Origin: Schizosaccharomyces osmophilus
Lineage: Eukaryota
Assembly (NCBI RefSeq): GCF_027921745.1
Contig: NC_079239.1
Coordinates: 2,294,001 to 2,358,000 of the forward strand
Reading direction: 5' to 3'
Length of the DNA stretch: 64,000 nt
In this document: positions 1 through 12,409 of the stretch, piece after piece
Layout: the number at the start of each line of letters is the position of its first letter
How positions within the stretch are numbered: position 1 is the stretch's first letter
Made by a program: the position numbers and the translations under genes
The notes under the pieces: generated by a model
Database searches by the model: none
What the model was told of the DNA's origin: nothing
The model's input: only the letters and a program-made list of their open reading frames with translations

Positions 1-66
1 AGTTCATCAAGCCAAATAAAAGACTGGATCATTCTTGTATAAATATCTTTACAGACAATAACAAAC

Positions 67-185
67 GTCTACGGCCACACCTAGGCGAAAACACCAGTTC
101 CCGTCCGATCACTGCAGTTAAGCGTCTGAGGGCCTCGTTAGTACTATGGTTGGAGACAACATGGGAATCCGGGGTGCTGTAGGCT
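67..185 (+). rRNA. 5S rRNA gene (dispersed copy)
   Basis: 119-nt GTCTACGGCCACACCTAGGCG...GGTGCTGTAGGCT matching the fission yeast 5S sequence, followed by a T-rich Pol III terminator. Confidence 0.97.
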
Positions 186-690
186 TCCTTTCTTTTTGTT
201 TGTTTATTTTTTATATGTTTTCTGGCTTGTTGGGCGCCCTTTGAATTCACTCAAAATTAATTCAACACTCCTAAAGCTTTTGGTGCAGGCTAGTACTATC
301 CATATAGCTAATCCATTTCGAAAGATTGGGTAAAGAGAGGAGCGTATGAACTCATGTAGAATATCGGAAGAGTTCTTTGACAAGAATATACTTCTTGTAA
401 ATCAATTCGTTTTGGTTGATACTTTTCCTTGTCAACGATTCAGAAATGGGTTATTTAGCAATTGTTTCCAATATGTAATATATATTACTTGGTAGGAGAA
501 TATTTGCATAAAATAACATAAGGGTATAGAGGAATGTTTTGTTTATTGTTTTGGCAAAAGAATTGCAATTTAACCAGCGACGTTCACTTATAAACAAATA
601 TCAAGACCCGTTTGATGTCTCTCAGATAACTTCCAGAATCCGTTAATTTTCCCTTCAATTCTCTTTTCACTGTTTAAACAATTTAATAAT

Positions 691-1310
691 ATGAACCAAG
701 ATTTATTTACAAACCCATTTGGAATTCCTCCGCCCTCTGATGATTCTTATGCATCTCTGCGAAGATTCACAAACGAATTTGAGGTCGGAATTCCCCAAGA
801 TCAGTTTGATACATACAAAGATAAACTGGCCAACCTTCTTAAAGCACTTGCATCTAAATTTCAAGGAGATACTCCTTCACAAGATAATACGACTGAAATT
901 CGAGAGATGCTTCAAGAGTTTAATGAAAAGTTTGGCAGCCTCGAACAAGAACAAAAGCGCCTCAGAGAAGAGATGATCCAAGCACAGAGTAGCCTCACAG
1001 AAAGACTAGAAAGCCAAGCCGATATTATCTCAAGAATTCAGCAAAATGATTCCAAGATAAACAGATTTGTTGCCGATGATACAAAATCATATCCATTTAT
1101 TGAAGGATTGGACCTTTGTCTGAGTTGTATGAACTAACGGTTTTTTTGACATTGATGACTTGTATCAAAACCGATTGACAACGTGTCTGGAGGGATATGG
1201 TGATGACCGTACGAGAAAAAGCTCCAGATATCTCTTAAAGGGAACTTTCTAATTATTTTGGATTTGTTACTGTCTAAGGTTACCGTTACGACTTTCAGAC
1301 ATCAATGAAC
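691..1310 (+). pseudogene. tdk1/mug135 (mug2/mug135/meu2, DUF1773) family gene; N-terminal 148-aa ORF open, C-terminal domain frameshifted
   Basis: N-terminus NPFGIPPPSDDSYASLRRFT then a coiled coil. Beyond PFIEGLD, shifted frames give PLSELYELTVF / DIDDLYQNRLTTCLEGYG...LLK / ELSNYFGFVTV*GYRYDFQT, resembling the recalled Mug135 C-terminal domain (PF..G...DID.L...L.GYG...LK..L...G....Y.F.T). Confidence 0.7.
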
Positions 1311-1529
1311 CCCTTCCAAAATATAAGTAATGAAGATATACATCAAAGCGACGGGGAGTATTAGGCCTCAACATGGTTGATAAATGTTTACGAAAAGTAT
1401 GAATCCTCACTTGCTTTGTATAATGAAGTGTGCCAAATACTTAATGAACTCTGCATTTTATTAGTGAATCCAGCAATCAATATATAATCTTTTGTATTTT
1501 TCGCGTTTTTGAATCACTTACAAGTAATG

Positions 1530-1627
1530 CCTGGCTATCACAACGCCTGCTGCCGTTTGATTGATGCAGTCAAGCGTCTGAGGGTCTCTCGTTCCTCATA
1601 TGTATTAAGCGAGGCGCTGTAAGATCT
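1530..1627 (+). pseudogene. heavily decayed 5S rDNA remnant
   Basis: TGCAGTCAAGCGTCTGAGGGTCTCTCGTT...GGCGCTGTAAGATCT resembles 5S TGCAGTTAAGCGTCTGAGGGCCTCGTT...GGTGCTGTAGGCT; T-rich tail; boundaries approximate. Confidence 0.7.
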
Positions 1628-2802
1628 CCAATTCTTTTCTAGTTTTGTTTACCACTGTACCCACTGAGCAGGCTTTACCAATGGAAGCAATCCCTACGCA
1701 GCAATCCTTGTACCACCAATCAATACAGTGAAGCTGCCAGGATAGAAAGAAACGAGTAAACAGATAGAAATGTAAGAAAAAAAGATGACAAGTCTAGCAG
1801 CCTTTTTTAAAAAAAGTGCGAAAAGATAGAGCAGATGCGAAATAAACATAAAAAAACTATGGCGACTTTCAGAGAGGTAAAGATAACAATATAAAAATCA
1901 AGGAGCCGGAAAAATCAGGTGTTTTCCAAGTCTTTGGTAGTTTCAACCTTCTGTAAGTGACTAGGCTGTGCTGCCTTGTATATTGTTCAAATCATTCAAA
2001 GGATGGGTCTTTGCCTTTTGGATCACTAGGTTTTGGACTGGTTTGGGACTCGGTAGCGATTGTATTCTATGAAAGAGGACCATCAACGGTGAAATCGTTT
2101 CTTCCTAAAGTTATATGAAGACCAAAAACCAAAACAACGAAAATCGACAAATCAATTAATTAAGTTACTGACAAAGCGAAAAGATCCAGCAAGTTTATAA
2201 ACCAACATAAGTAAACATTCCGAAGAAAAAACCTATCAAATTTAACACACGGGAAAGAACAAATACGAAAATCAATAAAGACGCCTAAGCGAACATATTC
2301 GTGTTCTGGCATTGAGTTTGTGAAAAAAGGAACAAGAAGAAAGTGGGAAGAGAGAAAATGGAACACAAGGGAAATAAGAAAACACCAAGCAACTTGAAAG
2401 TTTTATTTACCAATTTGCCAGTAGCCTGTGGAATCCTAGCAAACTAATAAAGACAAAAAGTCCTTGGTATAGATGTCAGAACGGGATTTTTGAAAAGCAT
2501 CTAATAAAGGTATTTCAGCGTGTTTTCGGAATCTTGCGAAGCTGGAATTGGACCTTTTTTTGGTACAAATAAAACGAGTATGAGCTGTGCGGGAGGAAAC
2601 CGCTTTCATCATTTTATTGGGAAAATCCAAGTGAGAAAATTGTCTCGCTTTGGAAGCTTCGGGCTAGTTTTTGTTTACGTTTTTCTCCACAACGCTCAAT
2701 CAGCAATGAACCATAGGTAATACAAATTGTTAACATATGACAATCAAAACGGCTTGATTCAATCACAACTATGAATAAAGGAAATTCCACTTTATTTCAT
2801 CT

Positions 2803-2803
<1 letters not shown>

Positions 2804-2838
<35 letters not shown>

Positions 2839-3415
2839 ACAATGGCGATGAGTAGAGGTTTACCAAGGAGTAGCTATCATTCCTCTATTAAGGCCTTTTG
2901 GTGCCTTGGACTTGATTTCGTTTACGGTTTGCTCTTGGGTATCGTTGTGTACATGAGCTCACTAAACAGGTAGCGTGTTATCGCTGTAGACAGGTTAAAA
3001 AGCAGGATCCATTGCTAGCAGAGGCCAACGGATTTACCATGGGGAATGCTTGGACGTCTGCATCTCACTTAGTTGAACACCTCCCATCCATATCCTAGAA
3101 AAAGGGAGAAATTTTTTACACTTGCTTCAATGTGACTTGTCGAGTAACGACGAACAGAATGGTTATGGGAAGAGAAAACACAGGGGGTTTCAGGATAAAT
3201 TTTGTGGTTTGTTAAAAAGTAAAAAGAAAAGTGAATCCTTCCAAGGGCTGCTGTCGGCATCTCCAACTTTGCTCACGTTGGGCGTTGATTCCACCTTTTA
3301 GTTCCGAAATATGGGCAAAAAAGTAGATTGCTCTGTGGAATCTTTTCATCTTTTCATCTTTTCATCTTTTCATTTCATAAAAGGTTGCCAGCACAAGAAT
3401 TATTCAACCCCTCAG

Positions 3416-3459
<44 letters not shown>

Positions 3460-3810
3460 AATCCAACGACATGACTTGGCAAGCCCAAGCCCAAGCCCAA
3501 GCCCAAGCTTAGTAGCCACTGTAGGAGAGAAACCAAACGTCCTCATCTCCCATCCATCATGTAGCGTTTACAAAGTCAAAAACAAAAACAAAAACAAAAC
3601 CACCCTCTAAAACATCCTTATCCTACTAGAGTAGGATCACTATACCAAGACAACACAACAGCGACCAATATCATACTAGCTTTTGTTTGTATGATCTTTT
3701 TTTCCAGCCACCCATTATATCCATTGCAGCGGTGGGACAGAGAGAGAGAGAGAGAAGTCGCTGGAAAAAGAAAAAAGAAAAGAAAAAGAAAAAGAAAAGA
3801 AAAGAAAAGA
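2804..3810. repeat. cluster of simple repeats: A30 (2804-2833), (ATCTTTTC)n, A42 (3416-3457), (AAGCCC)n, (CAAAAA)n, (GA)n, (GAAAAA)n
   Basis: Read directly from sequence. Confidence 0.9.
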
Positions 3811-4519
3811 AATAGAAAAGATCTGTTTGTTATAAACAACGTAGCAATATAGAATGTAGCAAAGTTTTTTTTTTTTTTTCGTTCCCTCGTTCCCTCCTTC
3901 CTTCCATCTAAGCCTCACGGCTACGGCTTCTAAATAATTCCTTCGTTCCAACATAAACCGACCGTCGCACGAGTGATGCTAGCCACCTCTTGCATGAACA
4001 ACCGTAACGTATGTTTTGTCGTTGTACATCACGCCTGTTTTCAATTTTAAAATCTAAAAGTAATGAGCCACATCTACTTCGCGTCGTATGGAACGTAAAA
4101 CACCAATGGAATATGTAAGATCTTTCAGCAGTACCTTGTTGGGTAGGTCAGTAGGCGCCTGCGGGGATCAGAACGTCTTTGCTGGTAAGAATCGCTACGA
4201 GAATGGTAAATAAGGACAGTCGATGGAATTTGATTCACGAGACAATGAAATCATCATCACCATGAAAACGTTTGTTTCCGATTTCAGAACTCGGGCTTTT
4301 TCGCTGATTCAAAGTTTCCCTCCTTCAGGAAATGGAAGTTTTGCTAGTAAAAAAGGCGTTGATTGCTATGACGAGTGATAACCAGCATGAAATGGTTATT
4401 TAAGTCTTGGGATTCCCTTTGTTCTGTATTCAATTGCATTGATTTCATACGAATTCTTCCTTAAATTTCATTTTGCATTTGAACTCTTAGATTTTCATTT
4501 TTCTTTTATTTTTTCAAAC

Positions 4520-5005
4520 ATGAAGTTTTCCTTGTCTAGCGTCTTTCTTACTCTTCTTGGAGCCTCTTCTACTTTGGCTTCTCCTATCACCAAGCAGGCC
4601 ATGTCTCCTGAGCAAAGCTTTGGTGTTCTCACTCTTCACTCTGGAAACATCAATGTCCACCAAAAGGAATTCTATGTTGGTCAATCGGGCTATGTCTTTT
4701 TAAGTCAATACGACAATGCTGACAACTACGCAAAGTTCAGTCTCAAGAATAACCAATTGTACCATAACAACGATACTGCTTTGATTGAACAAGGCGGTGC
4801 TCTTGCTTTCAAGTCCTCTGGCCCTGCTGTTACCGGCTTCGACGCTAACGCACCCACAAACATTGGCTACGAGTTACAGTTGAACGGTACTAGCCCGGTC
4901 GCTTGCCCTGTTCCCAGCGACCAACAAGTTTTCCAAGTTTACTATGGCCAAGTCAAGAATAGCACTGATTGTGTCGGCATCGACACTGTGGCTGTTAGCT
5001 TTTAA
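4520..5005 (+). CDS. secreted/cell-wall protein, Cwp1/PhiA-like domain similar to the N-terminal part of But2-family proteins (161 aa)
   Basis: Signal peptide MKFSLSSVFLTLLGASSTLA; FGVLTLHSG, VACP and CVGI motifs; codon usage typical of highly expressed genes. Confidence 0.75.
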   Translation: MKFSLSSVFLTLLGASSTLASPITKQAMSPEQSFGVLTLHSGNINVHQKEFYVGQSGYVFLSQYDNADNYAKFSLKNNQLYHNNDTALIEQGGALAFKSSGPAVTGFDANAPTNIGYELQLNGTSPVACPVPSDQQVFQVYYGQVKNSTDCVGIDTVAVSF

Positions 5006-5685
5006 GTTTGAATGGAATGGAAAATTTGAATGAAACTTTTTGAATTTGAAAATACCCTCTTTTATTTTCATTCTCTCTTTCCCAATTTTTTTATTAAAAA
5101 AAAAAAAAGCATTTCCTTCCTTCTTTTGAATCCCTCGTCGTGTCTATGAATGATCCTCTTTTTATGTTTCTCGTCCTTGGACTTGACTTGACTTGACTCG
5201 ACTCGACAATGGATTCCACAAGGTTTTCTTGCATTACAAAAAGCATATCTCATATTTCATAGAACTATATCTCATAGAATTATTTTTCGTGTTTCTCTAC
5301 CTTCTCTTCTCGTCTACGTTTTGTAATCCATATGTCTCGTCTTATGTGCGCTATAAACTGTAAATTGTAAATTATAAATGGTAAACTATCAGCTGTATTC
5401 TTTTCATCTTTCATCAGCCATCCGCCATCCGCCATAGTTTCCTTCTTTCCCTCTCCATCCATGCCTTTGATATTATTCAATCCAAAATCAACCAACATGT
5501 CCCCTAAACGTTGATCCATCTTGTCACGCTCGAGTACGTTATCTCTCGTTCAACCACCCTCTTGACGAACTTTCTCAACTCACGAAAAGCTGGTCTTTAC
5601 CTATTTTCTTTCTTTCTTTTGCAATTGCCTTGTGTTTCGCCTTTGTGGTGATTTTTCTGCCTTCAAACGCATTTTGCATAGAAAT

Positions 5686-7971
5686 ATGACTCAACATGAG
5701 GTCCCTTCGCAAGAGCCTTCCGAAACTAAAATCATTTTGGAAGGCCAAACAGAACGTCCCATCGTAATGATTGATAATTACGATAGTTTTACTTGGAACA
5801 TCGTCCAGTACCTTTCGAATCTGGAAAAAAGGTACCCAATTTTGGTTATTCGCAATGATGAACTCACCGTGGACGAACTCGAGCAACTTCAGCCCTTAAA
5901 GCTCATCTTGTCGCCAGGTCCCGGCCATCCTGCTCGTGACGGTGGTATCTGCAATGAAGCCATTTCTCGTTTTGCCGGAAAAATCCCCATTTTCGGTGTC
6001 TGCATGGGTTTGCAATGTCTTTTCGAAAGCATGGGCGGTAACGTTGAATCCGCTGGCGAAATCATTCACGGTAAAGTTTCCAAAATTTACCATGACGGCT
6101 TAGGCTTGTTTCAAGGAATCCCTCAAGGCATCTCCGTTACCCGTTATCATTCTTTGGCTGGAACTATCAAGTCGCTCCCCGCTGACTTGGAAGTGACGAG
6201 CTGGACCGAAAATGGCATTATCATGGGTGCTCGTCACAAAAAGTATGCCATTGAAGGTGTCCAGTACCATCCTGAGAGTATTCTCAGCGAATACGGTAAA
6301 GAGTATATTCAAAACTTCTTAAACCTTACTGCAGGCACTTGGGAAGAAAATCATGTCACTATGCCTACAAAGAACAATTCGTTTAACAATGCTATGAAGG
6401 AACGCTCCAATACCGTTTCTTTTTCTTCCGCTGCCCCCGAGAATGTCTCCAAGCAATCCATCCTCAACGAGATTCACGCTCAGCGTCTCATCGATATCGC
6501 CGAAAGCAAAAGTAGCCGCGGCCATACTGTAAACGATTTACAAACATATTTGAACATGAACCTTACCCTTCCCGTGGTTAACTTTTATGACCGCCTCAAA
6601 AAGTCGACTCCAGCCCTCATGGCTGAGGTCAAGCGTGCTTCTCCATCCAAGGGCGACATTGATCCTTATGCCAATGCTGCTCAACAGGCTTTGACATATG
6701 CCAATGCTGGTGCTTCTGTTATTTCTGTCCTCACTGAACCCAAGTGGTTCAAAGGTTCCTTGGACGATTTGCTGCTTGCACGTCGCGCTGTGGATCAGGT
6801 TGCCGACCGCCCTGCAATCCTCCGCAAGGACTTCATCATTGACCCTTACCAAATCATGGAAGCTCGTTTGAATGGTGCTGACTCTGTCTTGCTAATCGTT
6901 GCTATGCTGTCTTACGAACAATTAGAATCTCTCTACAAATTTGCAAAGTCTCTAGACATGGAGCCCTTAGTTGAAGTCAACTGCGCAAGCGAGATGGAAG
7001 TTGCTATTAAATTAGGTGCCAAGGTAATTGGTGTTAACAATCGTAATTTACACAGTTTCGAGGTAGACTTGTCGAATACCTCGAAATTGGTTGACATGGT
7101 TCCTAAGGACGTTGTGCTGGCTGCTCTCAGCGGCATTGGCTCCAGAGCCGATGTTGAATTATATACAAAGCAAGGCGTTTCTGCCGTCCTCGTTGGCGAG
7201 TCATTGATGCGTGCTTCTGATCCTGCTGCCTTTGCACAGGAGCTTCTTCATGGTGCTTCCAAAAAAGAGGGTTCAGATGTCTCTTCTAAGCCCCTTGTAA
7301 AGGTATGTGGTACTCGCACTGTTCCAGCTGCTAAAACGATTATAGAATCAGGAGGCGATTTAATAGGTCTTATTTTTGCCGATAAAAGCAAACGGAAGGT
7401 GGATCTTCAAGTTGCTAGAGAAATCGTGGAGTTAGCCCATTCCAACGTTCGCAATTACCGAGACATGGGTAGCCCACTTGAAATACAGAAAAATTGGTTT
7501 GGATACCAATATCAAAAAATTGCTAATTCTCGCCATCCCTTGGTTGTTGGTGTGTTCAAAAATCAACCTTTAGAATATATTAAGGAGGTACTGTCAACCA
7601 TTGATTTAGATATCATTCAGTTGCACGGACAAGAGCCATTAGAATGGGCCAACGACCTACAAAAGCCTGTAATTAAGGTGTTTTCTCCTAATGCATCAGA
7701 ATTGTCTACACCAAACTACCACATACTTCCTCTCGTTGATGCATTTGTCGGAGGCCAATCTGGAGGATTAGGCAAAGCTGTTGATTGGAAAGCAGCCGCC
7801 CAAATCACGGTCCCTTATGTTTTAGCTGGTGGGTTGACCCCAGAGAATGTTCAAGAAGCTCTAACCACATCCCATGCTGCGATCGTCGATGTTTCCAGCG
7901 GAGTAGAAACGGAAGGTATCCAAGATGACGAAAAAATCAAAAGGTTTATTGAAAATGCCAAAAAGTGTTAG
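5686..7971 (+). CDS. trp1: trifunctional anthranilate synthase component II / indole-3-glycerol phosphate synthase / PRA isomerase
   Basis: IDNYDSFT, GVCMG, QYHPES (GATase); EVKRASPSKG (IGPS); KVCGTR, LAGGLTPENV (PRAI). Confidence 0.97.
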   Translation: MTQHEVPSQEPSETKIILEGQTERPIVMIDNYDSFTWNIVQYLSNLEKRYPILVIRNDELTVDELEQLQPLKLILSPGPGHPARDGGICNEAISRFAGKIPIFGVCMGLQCLFESMGGNVESAGEIIHGKVSKIYHDGLGLFQGIPQGISVTRYHSLAGTIKSLPADLEVTSWTENGIIMGARHKKYAIEGVQYHPESILSEYGKEYIQNFLNLTAGTWEENHVTMPTKNNSFNNAMKERSNTVSFSSAAPENVSKQSILNEIHAQRLIDIAESKSSRGHTVNDLQTYLNMNLTLPVVNFYDRLKKSTPALMAEVKRASPSKGDIDPYANAAQQALTYANAGASVISVLTEPKWFKGSLDDLLLARRAVDQVADRPAILRKDFIIDPYQIMEARLNGADSVLLIVAMLSYEQLESLYKFAKSLDMEPLVEVNCASEMEVAIKLGAKVIGVNNRNLHSFEVDLSNTSKLVDMVPKDVVLAALSGIGSRADVELYTKQGVSAVLVGESLMRASDPAAFAQELLHGASKKEGSDVSSKPLVKVCGTRTVPAAKTIIESGGDLIGLIFADKSKRKVDLQVAREIVELAHSNVRNYRDMGSPLEIQKNWFGYQYQKIANSRHPLVVGVFKNQPLEYIKEVLSTIDLDIIQLHGQEPLEWANDLQKPVIKVFSPNASELSTPNYHILPLVDAFVGGQSGGLGKAVDWKAAAQITVPYVLAGGLTPENVQEALTTSHAAIVDVSSGVETEGIQDDEKIKRFIENAKKC

Positions 7972-8508
7972 AATTTTTGTTGATCGGGTTGTAAATTATC
8001 TCTTTATGAAAAATTGTTTTTTTTTGGAAAATTACTGAAAGGTCATTAAATATAATGTTTCGTATGCTAATGCTTATGCTTATATGCAAAAAAAAAAAAA
8101 AAAAAAGAGTTAGAATCATCAAAAAAGTAAATCGTAGTAAGGCATCAATGAAATGAATAAGGAATTAACTTCAATAACTATTGAGAGCAGATTATGTACA
8201 CGGAACTATGAACAAAGGTATAGCAAGGATAACCGAAACTGATATTAGATAGCCAAGAACGAAAACGATCACATAAAGTACAAAAAAGGAACGGAAAAAA
8301 AATAAATTAGAAAAGCAACCGATAAAGAATGTTGTCCTAGTGAAACGATATCATACGGCTAGCAGTGAAAAAGAATGGTTTCAAAAATAAGTAGGTTCCA
8401 TAAAATTGAGACGAGACAACGAAGCATGTTTAATGCTTCAGCCAAAAAGGGGTATAGAGAGAAACGATTGAAGATCAGTAGGAGAAAACTTTCCGGAAGG
8501 GTCATTCA

Positions 8509-9242
<734 letters not shown>

Positions 9243-10009
9243 GACAGACCGCCGATTATAATTACGAAAAGCCTTATTAACAAACCAAAATTAATGTCTT
9301 CCGAACCAGAGGAAAAAGCACAGCTTTCTCAATAGGAATATATAAAAGTTAAAGACAAGATAATCTAAAAGAAAACGAATCCTGTTTACCCCAAAAATGT
9401 ACGGTCAAACGCGCGTCTCTACATAACCCATAAATCAACTCGGTCACCAAATAGAGCGCTTGAACACACCTCACTTTTTCTTTTACGTTGTTTGTTGTGA
9501 CTTGCTGGCTACGATAGCGCTCTCGTTAACGTTCCCTAAACAATAAACAAATCGGGAAGACAAGGCTCAAAACAAAGAAAGAAAAGAAATCGTAGCTCTT
9601 CCATATTCAAGTGTAATACTCTTTCGCTCCTTTGCACAAACAATTCCCTATTGTTTTGGATACTTGTTGTGTCTTTCTCTTAAATACTCCTTAATATGAT
9701 GCTAGTACGATACTCAAGGTTTAGGAAGTTTTGGAGAGTAAAAACCAGCTTGCGGTCTGTTTTACTTTACGAAAGAAAGAATTAACATAAAACATTGTAG
9801 AAAAGAAGGCTAGATAAATATCACCCAACGCGTCACAGTAAACAACTGAAAAATATTGTGTTCAGGATCGGTAGATCGGTAGATCGTCTACTACCTTGAA
9901 GTAAGTGCTTTCCGCCGTCATCGTATTTAAACTTAGCAAGTCTCGAATCTGTTCGTGCGGTGCTATTTAAGCTGAAGAATACTCTTTTCTTTATACGTTT
10001 GGTTTTATT

Positions 10010-11473
10010 ATGTCTTCTGAAGAAAAAACGATCACTTGCAAGGTAAGTTAAAAAGACATTCTGCCGGAAGTAGCAAAAAACGGCGGAACCACCAATGTAG
10101 TTTACGTCCACGAATGATTCATGGAAAACAAAGTCTTACATCGCTTTCTTGGATCGATTCTTCCATCGCTGAAGTTTACCTCATTTCATGTCCATGTGCT
10201 AATCCATATGTATAGGCTGCAGTTGCTTGGAAGGCTGGAGAACCTTTGTCTATAGAAAAGTAAGTAACTAGTCAACCTATTTTTGGGCGTCGCTCCAACA
10301 TTTGTTCCTTTGCTTGGGATTTTTTTTTTCTGTTGACATGCTTACTAACATTGGCCTGCTACTTCTCACCCGCTGCCTTTGGGATGAGAAGAACTAGTCG
10401 GCCGCTGCTATAGTGTTCAAGTTGCTCCTCCAAAGTCCCATGAAGTTCGTGTTCAAGTCGATTGGTCGGCTGTTTGTCACACTGATGCCTACACTCTTTC
10501 CGGTGTAGACCCTGAAGGTGCGTTCCCAATTATTTTGGGCCACGAAGGTGCAGGTGTCGTTGAGAGCATTGGCGAAGACGTTACCAATGTTCGTCCTGGC
10601 GATCATGTCATTCTTCTTTACACTCCCGAGTGCAAAGAATGTAAGTTTTGCCGCAGTGGTAAAACCAACCTTTGCTCCAAAATCCGTGAAACCCAAGGTC
10701 GTGGTTTAATGCCTGACGGTACTTCTCGTTTCTCCATTGACGGCAAGCCACTCCTCCATTATATGGGTTGCTCAAGCTTTAGCCAGTATACCGTCGTTGC
10801 CGACATTTCTCTCGTTGCCATTTCGCACTCAGCTCCTCTTCGTAGCGTCTGCCTTTTGGGTTGCGGTATCACCACTGGTTTCGGAGCTGCTACCCACTCT
10901 GCCAAGGTTGATGCCGGCTCAACCGTTGCTGTTATCGGAGCCGGCTGTGTGGGCCTTGCCGCCATGCAAGGTGCCATTGCTTCAGGAGCCTCCCGTATCA
11001 TCGCCATTGACATCAATTCTGAAAAGGAAGCTTTCGCCAAGAAATTTGGTGCCACTGATTTTATCAATCCTACCAAGGTCGACGATATTGTTCAGCACAT
11101 CACAGACATGACTGACGGCGGTGTTGACTATGCTTTTGACTGTACTGGCAACGTCAATGTTATGCTTCAAGCCCTACAATTCTGCCACAAAGGCTGGGGA
11201 AAGCTTTGTGTCATTGGCGTGGCTGCTGGCGGTAAGACTTTGGCTTTCCGACCTTTCTTGGTTGTCACCGGTCGTCAAGTTTTGGGCTCTGCTTTTGGTG
11301 GTGTCAAGGGCCGCACTGAGCTTCCCAACTTTGTCGACGATTATCTCCAAGGCCGATTCAAGGTCGATGAGTACATTACTCACTCCGAAAATTTGCACAC
11401 CATCAACAATGCCTTGGACCACATGCACGAGGGCAAATGTATTCGCTGTGTAGTTGATATGAGCAACCCCTAA
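10010..11473 (+). CDS. fmd1: glutathione-dependent formaldehyde dehydrogenase (class III ADH; exons 10010-10042, 10216-10259, 10414-11473)
   Basis: MSSEEKTITCK/AAVAWKAGEPLSIE/..VCHTDAYTLSG..GHEGAG; Cys4 structural zinc site. Confidence 0.93.
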
Positions 11474-11843
11474 ATATATGCCAATAGATAGAAAGTGCCA
11501 TGCTCTTCGAGCTTGATACTTGATACTTGTATACGTTTGCTTTTTGTTATTTACGCGTTCAATGGATAGTTTTGATCATGCCTATGTTTTTTGTTTTACT
11601 ATTAGTATCACCTGGAAATAGTTGAGCTCTATTTACCATTTTTGTAGTGAAACTAGTCAATATGTCGACTGGACAACTACTACTGTAGTCACTGTACTAT
11701 ACTTATATATTCTAGTTGAATAAGTTCATTCATAATTTGGTACAATGCACTCGTAGTAATCTAAGAAAAGAGAGTGTTGCGCAAAGTTAAAGAGCACAGA
11801 GGGAATCCATGTAAATATCACAACATTCATCATAATGCAACAT

Positions 11844-12155
11844 CTATTTCAAGCCATATTTACCCTTGAGTTCTTCGGCTAAAGCAACATATTCGTTCAC
11901 AGCTTCTTCCTTCGGCTTGCCCTTCAATTCTTCCCAAGCATTCCACTTGTATTTACCCTTCATATCCAAAAGGCCAGGCTTTTGAGTGTTGTTGTCTCCA
12001 ACAGTAGCTTGCTTGAACAAACCATAGAGCTAAAAGGATGTTAGTTTAATCTTGCTGCTTGTCCAAATAGCGTTTACCTTCAAAAGCTCATCACTGTTGG
12101 GAGTTTGCTTAAGCTCTTTAATTTCAGCAGCGGCTTTCTCAAAGGGAGTAGACAT
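11844..12155 (-). CDS. acb1: acyl-CoA-binding protein (2 exons; absent from ORF track)
   Basis: [26 protein letters not shown] / [32 protein letters not shown]. Confidence 0.93.
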
Positions 12156-12409
12156 GTTTGTTAATGGTAAAAGCAAGTTCAACAAAGAACTTGAATATGA
12201 AGATATTACTTAGCGAGCTGCGCAGTAATCGTCTAACTATTCGTGTGCATTGTTGGGACTATGGTCAGTGAACAAACAGTGTAAAAATCAGGAGAGTACA
12301 GAATATTAAATGTAAAGTAGAAATATTATGCACAACATAGACCATCAAAAAGAAGGTATTATGGATTTCATTCTCTAAGTAGTGAACTCATTAGGTAATT
12401 AAAGCAGGT

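Noticed and set aside
29..250. 73-aa minus-strand ORF
   Set aside because: Antisense shadow of the 5S gene
3340..3510. Short tandem repeats as a possible array system
   Set aside because: Plain microsatellites with no spacers in a eukaryotic genome; not CRISPR-like
3618..3954. Hydrophobic/low-complexity ORFs
   Set aside because: Translations of microsatellites
5575..7136. Series of antisense ORFs over trp1 (similar ones over fmd1, arg41, rpt1)
   Set aside because: Expected shadows of codon-biased genes
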